Below are positions 24,966-38,604 of a stretch of DNA of 64,000 nucleotides, piece by piece (the stretch's first letter is position 1; every line of letters starts with the position of its first letter). The notes under the pieces were generated by a model. It saw only the letters and a list, made by a program, of their open reading frames with translations, had not been told where the DNA came from and did no database searches. Made by a program: the position numbers and the translations under genes. The DNA comes from Malacoraja senta (Eukaryota): assembly GCA_038087875.1 (NCBI GenBank), contig CM075990.1, forward strand, positions 3,660,001-3,724,000, read 5' to 3'.

Positions 24966-26181
24966 CAGTGACAGAGAGACGTTGGAAGCTGTGTGGGTGC
25001 CAGGCTGGTGCTGTGGATGAGATCGCCATATCATGGGCTGCTGTGTGCAGCACTAAACTAGAATGTGAAGCAAGGTTGTTGAGATTTCATTTACTTTCGT
25101 TCACAGATACAGCATGGAGACACGCTCAATGGCCGACCGAGACCACGTCGACCAGCGATCCCACTTGCTCATCCGCTCCCTACACACAAGGGGCAATTCC
25201 ACACAGGGCCAATTAATCCACCAACCAGCATATCTTTGGAGTGGGGGAGGAAATCGGAGCACCCGGAGAAAACCCACGCAGTCACGGGGAGAACATACAA
25301 ACTCCACACAGATAGCAACCCGTGGTCAGGATCGAACCTTGTTCTCTGGCGCAGTGAGGCAGTTCTACCAGCTGCACCACTGTGCCATCCATGTAAATAA
25401 CACTCTCCAGTCAGTTACTGAGCGAGCATGAGATACCAGTCAAATGTAGTGTGTGGGTGTCAGAGCAAAGTGCTGTCTGAATGCAAAGGATGGTTTAAAT
25501 ATTTAAGTAACACACCGCTCACACACAGTGCATTTGGCACTAACAGTATTATCAGTCTGAAGAAAGGATCCGACCCAAATTATCTTTTTTTCTCCAGAGA
25601 TGCTGCTTGACCTGCTGAGATACACCAGCATTCTGTGTCTATCTTCGGTCTAAACCTGCATCTGCAGTTCCTTCCCACACAGTATTATCAATATTATTAG
25701 AAACCCTCGGACTATCTTTGATCGGACTTCACTGGACTTTGTCTTGCACTAAACATTATTCACGTTATTCCCTTTATCATGTATCTGTACACTGTAGACG
25801 GCTCAATTGTAATCACGTATTGTCTTTCCGCTGACTGGTTAGCACGCAACAAAAGCTTTTCACTGTACCTCGGTGTACGTAACAATAAACTAAAGTCATA
25901 AAACTCATATTAGTGCCATAGACTCATAGAGTCATACAGTGTGCAATCAGTTCCTTCAGCCCAACTTGTCCATGCCGACCAAGATAACCCCGTCTTTAGT
26001 CCCACCTGCCCGCATTTGACATACATGTATATGTGTATGTATGTATGTATTTTTTGCATCTTCCTCAAAACGCTACGCGCTAGCACTGAAATTTTAACAT
26101 ATTTTAACATATTTTTCCCATGCACGCCGTAATCAGGTTCCCTTCAGATTTCATGCTATATTTCACATTATTGATGACTAA

Positions 26182-26764
26182 AGGCTCTGTCTTACGTGTT
26201 TGCGGTCATCGGCGGTGAAGCGCGGCTTCGCCTGTAGAGTGGACCGCACGGCAACGGCGAGAGCGCTGAGCCTATCCACGGGAGCGCCGCACGGATGCTG
26301 CGCGGGGCCGAGTGATTTAAATACGGCTGGTCCCACGTGCTTGCGGTAAGTAAAAAAAAGGGCGGGCCGACTGCGATGACGTCGGCCCGCCGCACGTGAC
26401 TCACCAGCGGCGGCTGTGGCGGCGGCCGTCCTGATCGCGACACTGTAGCGGTGGCTGTGCCTGCGGCCGTGCTGCACATGTGCCTCACTGGCGGAGGCTG
26501 TGACGGTCAAAGTTTGACGCACAGCGCTCGAGCCACACTGGCGGCGGCCCGTGCGGGCGGCCGTGCCGCACTCGTGCATCACTGGTGGAGGTTGTGCGGT
26601 AGGAAAATATTTTTCAACAGTGTAGGTTTTATTTTAGCACCGTGCGGTGTTGGGAACACCGCCGCACGGCCCCGGAATTGTGCGTTCTCACGAGTGCGCG
26701 GTCTATGGCGGCAGATTCTTCCCGTTTCGCCGCCAATGACCGCAGACTCGTGAGACAGGCCTTT
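26182..26764. mobile_element. PIF/Harbinger-like MITE, CpG-rich
   Basis: Imperfect TIRs AGGCTCTGTCTTACGTGTTTGCGGTCATCGGCGG / CCGCCAATGACCGCAGACTCGTGAGACAGGCCTT, flanked by TAA. Confidence 0.75.
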
Positions 26765-27164
26765 TAAGCTTTAAAAAAGACGAATTTAACATGATTTTAA
26801 CTGTTATCCTTCCTGGCAGCTTCCACCACACTTCGATACAAGTTGCAAGACAGGAACACTGAACGTTTCACCTCAATAGGATATCACAGCAAGTGCTTCA
26901 ACAGGAGCGGGAGGCCAAATTGGTATTGCAATTTGAACTGCTGCAGCAGGCAGGGGAAGTGCAATTGGAATTAATTTTAAAGTCCACTGCTGAAGGAAGC
27001 AGGGGAGTGCTGGAATCTTACGTTGGGGGACGGGTTGAGTTGGGGGACCAGGCCTCCCGTGTGACAAGGACACAATGGCTCCCACTTAGTCTATATCCCT
27101 CTAAACCTCTCCTTTGCATCTACCTGTCCAAATGTATTTTAAATGTTGTTATAGTACCTGCTAT

Positions 27165-27445
27165 ATAGTAAGTCTTTCGGAGTTCCATCCTGTGCATGAC
27201 CTTGTTTTACCGTTTGTCATGTTTGTGCGCAAGACCTCATTTTATTGCTGGTCAAGTTTCTGTAAATAAGACCTTGTTTTACTGTTTATCAAGTTTCTGC
27301 GTAATCTTGTCATCTGAGAATATAAAAACTGTACCAAAGTCACACTTGGGGGATCAGCTTTGACTGGTCTCCTGATTCGCACCAGTTTAATAAATCACCC
27401 GTTACGTCGAACACCAGCTCTGCATGGTCTTTCCATTTTGCTCCC
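27165..27445 (+). mobile_element. LTR-like fragment
   Basis: Repeated GACCTTGTTTTAC, TATAAAA (~27321) and AATAAA (~27389) in LTR order; termini and TSD not recognised. Confidence 0.4.
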
Positions 27446-30329
27446 TCTGCCTCAGAGGGCGGTGGAGGCAGGTTCTCTGGATGCTTTCAAGAGAGAGCTA
27501 GATAGGGCTCTTAAAAATAGCGGAGTCAGGGGATATGGGGAGAAGGCAGGAACGGGGTACTGATTGAGGATGATCAGCCATGATCACATTGAATGGCGGT
27601 GCTGACTCGAAGGACCAAATGGCCTACTCCTGCACCTATTGTCTATTGTCTATTGTCTCCCACACTAACGTGTTAGTGTGCACCGACCAGCGATCCCCGC
27701 ACACTAACACTATCCTACACACACTATGGACACTTTACAATTTTACCAAAGCCAATTAACCTACAAACCTGTATGTCTTTGGAGTATGGGAGGAAACCGG
27801 AGATCTCGGAGAAAACCCACGCAGGTCATGGGGAGAACGTACAAACTCATACAGACAGCACCCGTAGTCAGGATCGAACCCGGGTCCCTGGCGCTGTAAG
27901 GCGGCAACTTTACCGCTGCGCCACCGTTTATACCAAGGAACTGCCTTAATTTTATCAGGAAAGTCCTTCTTAGTTCTGCACAGCTCCTGTAGAGAGCTGC
28001 TGGCAGCTGTGGCAGCTTATTACGGGATATAGTGATGTTACTAATATGTGAGAACTAATATTGTACTATCCCTTCCCCCCCCCTCCCTCCCCCCCTGCCC
28101 CGCATCCCCCTTCACACTCCCTCATTCTTTCTCTCAGCGTGATTTCAATGTTTAAAACCACACTGACATCGGATGGTATTTTGTTACAACAGGAGGTAGC
28201 TTACTTTAGTAGAATGGAAGCTCTACAACATTGCTGTATAGATAAGCTTGCTAATAAAACATGTGAATACCAATCACCATGAAAAATAGTTTTTTTTAAA
28301 GTTATTTTACACTAATTCTAGATTAATCCTTTTACTATAATCTGCCACTAAGGTTGAGCAGGCTGGGACTCTATTCCCTGGAGTGCAGGAAGATGAGGGG
28401 TGATTTTGTAGAGGTGTACAAAATCACGAGAGGAATAGATCGGTTGACCCACAGAAGAGCGGGAATCGAGAACCAGCGATCATAGGTTTAAGGTGAAGGG
28501 GAAAGGATTGATTAGGAATCTGAGGGGTAACTTTTTCGCGCAAAGGGTGGTGGGTGTATGGAACGAGCTGCCGGAGGAGGTAGTTGAGGCAGGGACTATT
28601 GCGATGTTTAAGAAGCAATTAGATAGGTACATGGATAGGACAGGTTTAGAGGGAAATGGGCCAAACGCTGGCAAGTGGGACTGGCGTAGATGGGACATGA
28701 TGGGCAGTGTGGGTAAGTTGGGTCGAAGGGCCTGTTTCTCTATGACTCTATAATCTGTTGTTAATTCTCCCCACATTCCCCCCAGACTCTACCAATCACC
28801 GACACACTCGGGGCGATTTACAGTTGCCACGAAACTCACCAATTTGCAGTTCTTTGGGATGTAGGAGAGAAATCGAAGGAAGTCCGTGTGGTCACACAGA
28901 GGCGCAAGAGGCTGCAGATGTAGGGGATCTACAGCAAAGAAAAACAAGAACTGCCGGAGGAACCCAGTGGGTCAGGCAGCATCTGTGGAGGGAAATGGAC
29001 CAATACCCTTCAAATGGACCGAATGAGTAGGGGGTAAATAGCCAATAGAAAGTGGTGGGGCAGTGAAAGGATTTGGATCATGTGCAGGCAGAATGGAATT
29101 AATTAATTTAGCATCATGTTCAATAGACAATAGACAATAGGTGCAGGTGTAGGCCATTAGGCTCTTCGAGCCAGCACCGCCTTTCAACGGCTGATCAACC
29201 ACAACCAGTACCCCGTTCCTGCCTTCTCCCCATATCCCCTGACTCCGCTATCTCTAAGGGCCCTATCTAGCTCTCTCTTGAAAGTATCCAGAGAACCGGC
29301 CTCCACCGCCCTCCGAGGCAGAGAATTCCACAGACATTGTGGGCCGGAGGGAGTCTACCTGCATTGTATTTGTGTGACCGCGTGGGTTTCCCCCAGGCGC
29401 TCAGCATCCTTCCAAATCCTAAAGGCGTGTGAGTTTGTTGTGTAATTGGACATTGTAAATTGCCCCTGGTGTGCAAATGGGTGGTAGAATCTGAAAGATA
29501 GCTGAGAATGTGGGGAGAACAAAAGGAATAAATAGGATTAATGCAGGATTAGTGTAGATGGGATGTTGATGGTTGGCACAGGCTCGATGGGCTGAAGGGC
29601 CTATTTTCTCCATGACTCCATAAGTTCATATGTTATAGCAGCAGAATCAGGTCATTCGGCCCAACGAGTCTACTCCGCCATTCAAACATGGCTAGGCATA
29701 AAAAGCTGGAGTAACTCAGCCGACCTGGAGAAGGATCTCGACCCGAAACATCACCCATTCCTTCTCTCCAGAGTTATTCCAGCTTTTTGCAGTTCCTTCC
29801 TACATATTCAAACATAGCTGTTCTATCTTTCCCTCTCAACCCCATTCTCCTGCCTTCTCCCCATAACCCCTGACACCCGTATTAATTAAGAATCTGTTAA
29901 TCTCCACCTTAAAAATATCCGACTTGGCCTCCACAGCCTTTTGTGGCAATGAATTCCACAGATTCACCACCCTCTGATGAAATAAATTCCTCCTCATCTC
30001 CTTTCTGAAGGTATGCCCTTTTATTTAGAGGCTGTGGCCTCTAGTCCTAGACTCTCCCACCAGTGGAAACATCCTCTCCACATCCACTCCATCCAGGCCT
30101 TTCACTATTTGGTAAGTTTCAATGAGGTCTCCCCTCATCCTTCCATAATTAATCTCTCAAAAGATGATGAGAACAGAGTAATTGGGTTCAATGCCTCGTA
30201 TTTAATACTTACAATTAAACGAGGCAGAAAAGCACCATCACAATCGGAAGGTCTGCAACTGACACGGGCATGAATCTATTGGATTATAAACTGTGTGGGC
30301 GTTGGGGCCAAACCTTGATGACTTGCAAG

Positions 30330-30655
30330 GCAACGGTGGCGCAGCGGTAGAGTTGCTGTCTTACAGCGCCAGAGACCCGGGTTCCATCCTGACTACGGAT
30401 GCTGTCTGCACGGGGGGAGTTTGTATATCCCCCCCCCCATGACCTGCGTGGGTTTTCTCTGAGATCCCCGGTTTCCTCCCACATTCCAAAGACGTACAGG
30501 TTTGTAGGTTAATCGGGTCGGTATAGTTGTAAATTGTCCCTAGTGTGTGTAGGGTAGTGCTAGCGTGCGGGTGACCGCTGGTGGGCGCTGCCCCAATCAG
30601 CCAAAGGGCCTGTTTCCGCGTAGTATCCCTAAACTAAACTAAGCTAAATCTAAAC
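30330..30655 (+). mobile_element. HE1-like SINE (representative + copy). Other + copies near 15925, 38710, 39250, 53143, 56790, 61410
   Basis: GGTGGCGCAGCGGTAGAGTTGCTG head, GGTTCCATCC B-box and CTAAACTAAAC tail. Confidence 0.88.
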
Positions 30656-30967
30656 TGCAAACTGGTATAAACAACATGTCCACTGGTGGGAGGGGACATC
30701 CACTCAATCACCAGGTGAGTTGAATTCAGAATCAAAGTTGGAGTCATTTACAAGGGGAAATTAATTAAATTTTAACATTTTAAGAGAAGTTAATTAAAAA
30801 TTAACAGTTAATTAAAAGTTGTGTACGACATTTCCAACATCTAAACCTGGTACATTATTATAGGTTGTAGCATTTCTTATCATGTAATAATATCCTTTGT
30901 GCTCTCCATATATTATTTATTATATATAATATTATTGTAATTATATTATACAATTTTATAATTATCG

Positions 30968-31680
30968 TCAAGTCAAGAGTCAAGAGAGTTTATTGTCATG
31001 TGTCCCAGATAGGACAATGAAATTCTTGCTTTGCTTCAGCACAATAGAATATAGTAGGCATGAATACAGAACAGATCAGTGTGTCCATATACCATTATAT
31101 AAATATATACACACATGAATAAATAAAACAGATAAAGTGCAAATAAACAGATAATGGTCTATTAATGTTTAGAGATTTGTTTCAGTTGAGTTTAATAGCC
31201 TGATGGCTGTGGGGAAGTAGCTATTCCTGAACCTGGACGTTGCAGTCTTCAGGCTCCTGTACCTTCTACCTGAAGGTAGCGGAGAGATGAGTGTATGGCC
31301 CGGATGGTGTGGGTCCTTGATGATGCTGCCAGCCTTTTTGAGGCAGCGACTGCGATAGATCCCCTCGATGGAAGGGAGGTCAGAGCCGATGATGGACTGG
31401 GCAGTGTTTACTACTTTTTGTAGTCTTTTCCGCTCCAGGGCGCTCAAGTTGCCGAACCAAGCCACGATGCAACCGGTCAGCATGCTCTCTACTGTGCACC
31501 TGTAGAGGTTAGAGAGAGTCCTCCTTGACATACCGACTCTCCGTAATCTTCTCAGGAAGTAGAGACGCTGATGTGCTTTCTTAATAATGGTATCAGTGTT
31601 CTCGAACCAGGAGAGATCTTCAGAAATATGCACGCCCAGGAATTTGAAGCTCTTGACCCTCTCCACCATCGACCCATTGA
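30968..31680 (-). mobile_element. Rex1/Babar-like LINE, 5'-truncated
   Basis: ORF VERVKSFKFLGVHISEDLSW...KKAHQRLYFLRRL...LPSGRRYRS; tandem-repeat tail. Confidence 0.88.
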
Positions 31681-33086
31681 TATAAAATTATATTATATAA
31701 TAATAATCTATTATTTCCCCTCCTAATAGTTCCTTGCATTACTAGTTGTATTTTATATTGTATTAGCCGCAGTGTTATGTGGTTCCAACATACTTTTAAA
31801 AGTGGACACAAAGTGACTCAGCGGGTCAGGCAGCATCTCTGGAAAACATGGATGGGTGACATTTTGGGCAGGGGACCCTTCTTCAGACTGATTATAGTCA
31901 GGGGGGGGAAGAAAAGTCGAAGAGAGGTGGGGGCGGGACAAAGTCTAGCAAGTGACAGGTGAACACAGGTGAAGGAGGGGAGTTTAACAGGCAGATGGTT
32001 GGATAAAGGCCAGAGGTGGGCACGAAGTGTGAGATAAGGATAGAAGAGGCGTGAAATGTGAAGCCAGAGGAAGGAATATAGGTGGAAGGGAACTGGGGGT
32101 GGGTGGTGGGTGGGGGGTGGGAGGAGAACTTGACGTGCATTCAGGTGGGGCGGAGAGAAAAGGTGGGGGAAAATGGCAGGAGAAGAGGGTTAAAGGGTGG
32201 GGTCTTTGTAAGTTAGTTACCTAAAACAGGAGAATTAAATGTTAATACCGTTCCATTGTAAGCCACCCAAGTGGAACATGAGGTCCTGTTAGAGTCAGTC
32301 ACACAGCACCAACTCAGGCTCTTTGGCCCAACTCACGCATGCTGTCCAAGATGCCTCATTCACATTAGTCCCACCTGCCCGCGTTTCGCCCATACCCGCC
32401 TAAACCTTTCATATCCATGGACCTGTCCAAATGTCTTTTAAATGTCCCTCCAGAATTCAATGTTCATACAAAATACTGGCGTAACTCAGCGAGTCAGGCA
32501 GCACCTCTGGAGAAAAGGAAAGGGTGACATTACAGGGCGGAACCCTTCTTCAGACTGAAAGATAGAGAAGGCCAGAACAAAACAGAGCCGACAACAGATG
32601 ACCTCAGGAAGGGTGGAGTCCACAATGGTCCATTGTTGGCTGGGGAGGATGTGCTGAGGACAGGGACACAAGGATGGGAAAAGTGGAACTAGTAGGACAA
32701 CTAGGGTGGGGGAGGGGGGGAGAGAGGAGGAATGCAGGAGTTACTTGAAATTAGAGAAGTCAAAATCATTACTGCTGGATTGTCAGCTGCCCAAGCAGAA
32801 TATGAGGTGCTGTTTCATCCAATATGCATGTGGCCTCACTCTGACAGTGGAGGAGGCCCAGGACAGTAAGGTCAGTGTGGGAATGGGAAGGGGAGTTAAA
32901 GTGTTTGGCAACCGGGAGATCTCGTAGGCCAAGGCTGACTGAGCGTAAGTGTTCAGCGAAACGATTGCCCGGTCTACGCTTGGTCTAGCCGATATTTTAG
33001 AGCCCACACTGAAAATACTGGATACAGTAGATATTGTTCATGCTGTTAGGTTGTAAGCTACTCAAGCACAATGTGAGGTGCTGATA

Positions 33087-33703
33087 CAGGAGCAAAGAGG
33101 TCCTTCTGCAGTTGTACAGAGCCCTAGTGGACCACACCTGAAGTATTGTGTGCAGTTTTGGTCCCCCAATTTGAGGAAGGACATTCTTGCTAATGAGGGA
33201 GTGCAGCGTAGGTTTACAAGGTTAATTCCCGTGATGGCGGGACTGTCATATGCTCAGAGAATGGAACAGCTGGGCTTGTACACTCTGGAGTTTAGAAGGA
33301 TGAGAGGATATCTCATTGAAAAATATAAGATTGTCAAGGGCTTGGACACGCTAGAGGCAGAAAACATGTTCCCGATGTTGGGGGAGTCCAGAACCAGGGG
33401 CCACAGTTTAAGAATAAGGAGTAAGCCATTTAGAATGGAGACGAGGAAACACTTTTTCTCACAGAGAGTGGTGAGTCTGTGGAATTCTCTGCCTCAGAGG
33501 GCGGTGGAGGCATGTTCTCTGGATGCTTTCAAGAGAGAGCTAGATAGGGCTCTTAAAAATAGCGGAGTCAGGGGATATGGGGAGAAGGCAGGAACGGGGT
33601 ACTGATTCGGGATGATCAGCCATGATCACATTGAATGGCGGTGCTGGCTCAAAGGGCCAAATGGCCTACTCCTGCACGTATTGTCTATTGTCTATTGTCT
33701 ATT
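33087..33703 (+). mobile_element. CR1 3' fragment
   Basis: YCVQFWSP...VVSLWNSLP, (TCTATTG)n tail. Close relatives at 27445-27657 (+) and 54238-54615 (-). Confidence 0.9.
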
Positions 33704-34569
33704 GATCCTCCAGAATTCAATGTCTGTATTAAATGCAGAAACTCAAGGTACATATATTTTCTGTTCTCCTCGTTTCTGGTTTCCTATCCGATCTCTCTCT
33801 CTCCAATACTGTTGAGGTGCGGTTATTGGATCGAGTGATTTGCCATTCTGGAGAGCTTCCTCTTCCCCAAGCCCGACCCCCACGTCACCGTTCCTCTGCT
33901 GTGCCATTCTATGTTCAATCTTCCGTGAATAGAATGTGTCAGTGCAGAGGTATGATAAATAGAGGCCATCAATGGACTGTTATTATGTGCAGAATCCATC
34001 ATCGCATCAATGGGATAAATTGAATCTGTCATGGACTGATATCATAATTACATTCAACTGGTGCCTTAGGAGAACAATTAAAATCATTTTAAATGAGCAA
34101 ATATACACTCACGTAGTGTCACTGAAGCAAGTTTATTAATAGGATTTGTCAGAGAATTATTATAACACTCGGAACGTATCAATGCATTTACATGTGTGAA
34201 TAAACCAGGGTGAAACATGGTTCATGTGGGAAGGAACTGCAGATGCTGGTTTACACCGAAGGTTGACACAAAATGCTGGAGTAACTCAGCGGGACAGGCA
34301 GCATCTCTGGAAAAAAGGAATAGGTGATGTTTCGGGTCGAGACCCTTCTTCAGTCTGAGGATCAGGGGAGGTGGAAACGAGAGGTATGAAAAGGTGCAAA
34401 GGTATGAAAATCAGAAAATAACAAATCAAAGCCAGCATCAACGATCAAGGAAAAGTGGAGCCCACAATGGTGCATTGTTGTCTGGGGAAAAGGTGATAAC
34501 AAGCGGATACAAACAGTGAAACTAAGCAGGACGACAGTGTTTGTTTATACTAACACTGTCACTCTCCAT

Positions 34570-36824
34570 AGGATGGAGAGTGACATTGTTAATTCAGAAA
34601 CAACTGTTCTGAACTTAAAGAAAGGTAACTTTGAGGGTATGAGACGTGAATTGGCCAAGATTGACTGGCAATTAGTTCTAAAAGGGTTGACGGTGGATAT
34701 GCAATGGAAGGCATTTAAAGACTGCATGGATGAACTACAAAAATTGTTCATCCCAGTTTGGCAAAAGAATAAATCAGGGAAGGTAGTGCATCCGTGGATA
34801 ACAAGGGAAATCAGGGATGGTATCAAAGCAAAAGATGATGCGTACAAATTAGCCAGAAAAAGCAGCATACCAGAGGACTGGGAGAAATTTAGAGACCAGC
34901 AGAGGAGGACAAAGGGCTTAATTAGGAAAGGGAAAATAGATTATGAAAGAAAACTGGCAGGGAACATAAAAACTGACTGCAAAAGTTTTTATAGGTATGT
35001 GAAGAGAAAGAGATTAGTTAAAACAAATGTAGGTCCCTTGCAGTCAGAAACAGGTGAATTGATCATGGGGAACAAGGATATGGCGGACCAATTGAATAAC
35101 TACTTTGGTTCCATCTTCACTAAGGAAGACATAAATTATCTGCCGGAAATAGCAGGGGACCGCGGGTCAAAGGAGATAGAGGAACTGAGTGAAATCCAGG
35201 TTAGTCGGGAAGTGGTGTTGGGTAAATTGAATGGATTAAAGGCCGATAAATCACCAGGGCCAGATAGGCTGCATCCCAGAGTACTTAAGGAAATAGTGGA
35301 TGCATTAGTGATAATTTTTCAAAACTCGTTAGATTCTGGAGTAGTTCCTGAGGATTGGAGGGTAGCAAACGTAACCCCACTTTTTAAGAAGGGAGGGAGA
35401 GAGAAAACGGGGAATTACAGACCAGTTAGTCTAACATCGGTAGTGGGGAAACTGCTAGAGTCAGTTATTAAAGATGGGATAGCAGCACATTTGGAAAGTG
35501 GTGAAATCATTGGACAAAGTCAGCATGGATTTACGAAAGGTAAATCATGTCTGACGAATCTTATAGAATTTTTCGAGGATGTAACTAGTAGAGTGGATAG
35601 GGGAGAACCAGTGGATGTGTTGTATCTGGACTTTCAGAAGGCTTTTGACAAGGTCCCACATAAGAGATTAGTATACAAACTTAAAGCACACGGTATTGGG
35701 GGTTCAGTATTGATGTGGATCGAGAACTGGCTGGCAAACAGGAAGCAAAGAGTAGGAGTAAACGGGTCCTTTTCACAATGGCAGACAGTGACTAGTGGGG
35801 TACCGCAAGGCTCAGTGCTGGGACCCCAGCTATTTACAATTTATATTAATGAACTGGATGAGGGAATTGAAGGCAACATCTCCAAGTTTGCGGATGACAC
35901 TAAGCTGGGGGGCAGTGTTAGCTGTGAGGAGGATGCTAGGAGACTGCAAGGTGACTTGGATAGGCTGGGTGAGTGGGCAAATGTTTGGCAGTTGCAGTAT
36001 AATGTGGATAAATGTGAGGTTATCCACTTTGGTGGCAAAAACAGGAAAGTAGACTATTATCTAAATGGTGGCCGATTAGGAAAAGGGGAGATGCAGCGAG
36101 ACCTGGGTGTCATGGTACACCAGTCATTGAAAGTAGGCATGCAGGTGCAGCACGCAGTGAAGAAAGCGAATGGTATGTTAGCTTTCATAGCAAAAGAATT
36201 TGAGTATAGGAGCAGGGAGGTTCTACTGCAGTTGTACAGGGTCTTGGTGAGACCACACCTGGAGTATTGCGTACAGTTTTGGTCTCCAAATCTGAGGAAG
36301 GACATTATAGCCATAGAGGGAGTGCAGAGAAGGTTCACCAGACTGATTCCTGGGATGTCAGGACTTTCATATGAAGAAAGACTGGATAGACTTGGCTTAT
36401 ACTCGCTGGAATTTAGGAGATTGAGAGGGGATCTTATAGAAACGTACAAAATTCTTATGGGGTTGGACAGGCTAGATGAAGGAAGATTGTTCCCGATGTT
36501 GGGGAAGTCCAGGACAAGGGGTCACTGCTTAAGGATAAGGGGGAAATCCTTTAAGACCGAGATGAGAAAAAACTTTTTCACACAGAGAGTGGTGAATCTC
36601 TGGAACTCTCTGCCACAGAGGGTAGTTGAGGCCAGTTCATTGGCTATATTTAAGAAGGAGTTAGATGTGGCCCTTGTGGCTAAAGGGATCAGGGTGTATG
36701 GAGAGAAGGCAGGTACGGGATACTGAGTTGGATGATCAGCCATGATCATATTGAATGGCGGTGCAGGCTCGAAGGGCTGAATGGCCTACTCCTGCACCTA
36801 TTTTCTCTGTATCTATGTATCTAT
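34570..36824 (+). mobile_element. 5'-truncated CR1 (HER1-like) LINE with uninterrupted RT reading frame (stop at 36726)
   Basis: [46 protein letters not shown] and LEYCVQFW in one frame; endonuclease missing; TCTATGTA tail. Confidence 0.95.
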
Positions 36825-37700
36825 TAGGTTCATTCACTGTCACCCCTGCACCCCTCCCCCACCACAATCAGTCTGAAGGATGAGAGGGTGTCTTATAGAA
36901 ACATATAACGTTCTTAAAGGATTGGACAGGCAAGATGCAGGACAAATGTTCCCCATGTTGGGGGAGTCCAGAACCAGGGGTCACAGTTTAAGAATGAGGA
37001 GTAGGCCATTTAGGACTGAGATGTGGAAAAACTTTTTCACCGAGAGAGTTGTGAATCTGTGGAATTCTCTGCCACAGAAGTCAGTGGAATATCCAATTCA
37101 CTGGATATTCTTAAGAAAGAGTTAGATATAGCTCTTAGGGCTAATAGAATCAAGGGATATGGGGAGAAAGCAGGAACGGGGTACTGATTTTGGATGATCA
37201 GCCATGATCATATTGAATGGCGATGCTGGCTCGAAGGGCCAAATGGCCTACTCCTGCACCTATTTTCTATGTTTCTTGGAAGAAGGGTCCTGACCCAAAA
37301 AGACACCTATCCATGTCCTCCAAAGATGCTGCTTCACCTGCCGAGTTACTCCAGCACTTTGTCTTTTATTCCTTTTCTCCAGAAAGGCCACCTGACCCGC
37401 TGAGTTACTGCAGCATTTTGTGTCTATCACTGGTGCTACCACCATTGGCTGCAATCTTTTGACCCTTCCTGCCTCCCCCAACCTCTTTCCCACCCGACAC
37501 TCTGGTGACCCATCCTTTCTCCAATAGCTCCCCCCTCCTGCTCCAAGCGTTCCCTCCACCCGCTCCTGCCCCTCCCCATCCTACCAGCTTGCAGCCCCCT
37601 CCCACCCCCCCACCCTGCTGCCAGTCCCTCCCTCTTCCACTAACAGCCTCTTCCACCTGCACTGATGCCCCTCTCTCCCAGTCTAACAAGTGAATGTGTT

Positions 37701-38604
37701 AAAGAAGGAACTGCAGATGCTGGAAAATCGCACCAAGGTCTCTGCCATACCCCGCATCACTGCTCTCTCTCCCCATCCCCCTACTCACAACAAGGGCAGA
37801 GTCCCCCTAGTCCTCACCTTTCACCCCACCAGCCGTCACATACAGCAAGTGATCCTCCGTCAGTTTCCGCCACCTCCACTCGCCACATCTTCCCATCTCC
37901 CCCTATGTCTGCCTTCCGCAAAGACCGCTCCCTCCGTAACTCCCTTGTCAATTCTTCCCTTCCCTCCCGTACCACCCCCTCCCCGGGTACTTTCCCTTGC
38001 AACCGCAAGAGATGCAACACTTGTCCCTTCACCTCCCCCCTCGACTCCATTCAAGGACCTAAGCAGTCGTTCCAGGTGCGACAGAGGTTCACCTGCATCT
38101 CCTCCAACCTCATCTATTGCATCCGCTGCTCTAGATGTCAGCTGATCTACATCGGTGAGACCAAGGTTTGGTGATCGTTTTGCCAAACCCCTCCGCTCGG
38201 TCCGCATTAACCAACCTGGCCTCCCGGTGGCTCAGCACTTCAACTCCCCCTCCCATACCGTATCTGACCTCTCTGTCCTGGGTCTCCTCCATGGCCACAG
38301 CGAGCAACACCGGAAATTGGAGGAAATGCACCTCATATTCCGCTTGGGCAGTCTACATCCTGTGGGCATGAACATTGAATTCTCCCAATTCTGCTAGCCC
38401 TTGCTGTCCCCTCCCCTTCATCAGCCCTCTGGTTGTCTCCTCCCCTCCCCCAGCCCTCGGGCTCCTCCTCCGCCTTTTTTCCTTTTTTCCTTTCTTCTCC
38501 CCACCCCCTATCAGTCTGAAGAAGGGTTTCGGCCCGAAACGTTGCCTATTTCCTTCGCTCCATAGATGCTGCTGCACCCGCTGAGTTTCTCCAGCATTTT
38601 TGTG
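37701..38604 (+). mobile_element. Penelope-like element (GIY-YIG end, Neptune-like Cys linker), 5'-truncated with short inverted terminal-repeat piece
   Basis: GTFPCNRKRCNTC and SSNLIYCIRC..IYIGET. 17-bp TSD TAACAAGTGAATGTGTT at 37684-37700 and 38605-38621. Confidence 0.9.
38513..38546 (+). ncRNA. Minimal type-I hammerhead-ribozyme-like motif in the Penelope terminal repeat
   Basis: CTGAAGA (38516-22), A, stem II GGGT-TTCG-GCCC, GAAA (38536-39), CG, TT. Stem I is only ~2 bp by eye. Confidence 0.6.

Noticed and set aside
24206..25216. His/Thr- and Cys/Val-rich ORFs, also at 50973-51772
   Set aside because: Translations of (CA)n/(GT)n microsatellites.
26182..26764. CpG-island promoter (also 17955-18597 and 61434-61958)
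   Set aside because: The CpG richness is confined to TIR-bounded transposon bodies.
34516..36726. 736-aa ORF as a domesticated host gene
   Set aside because: A truncated young CR1 absent from the paralogous site; its called start lies in flanking repeat DNA.
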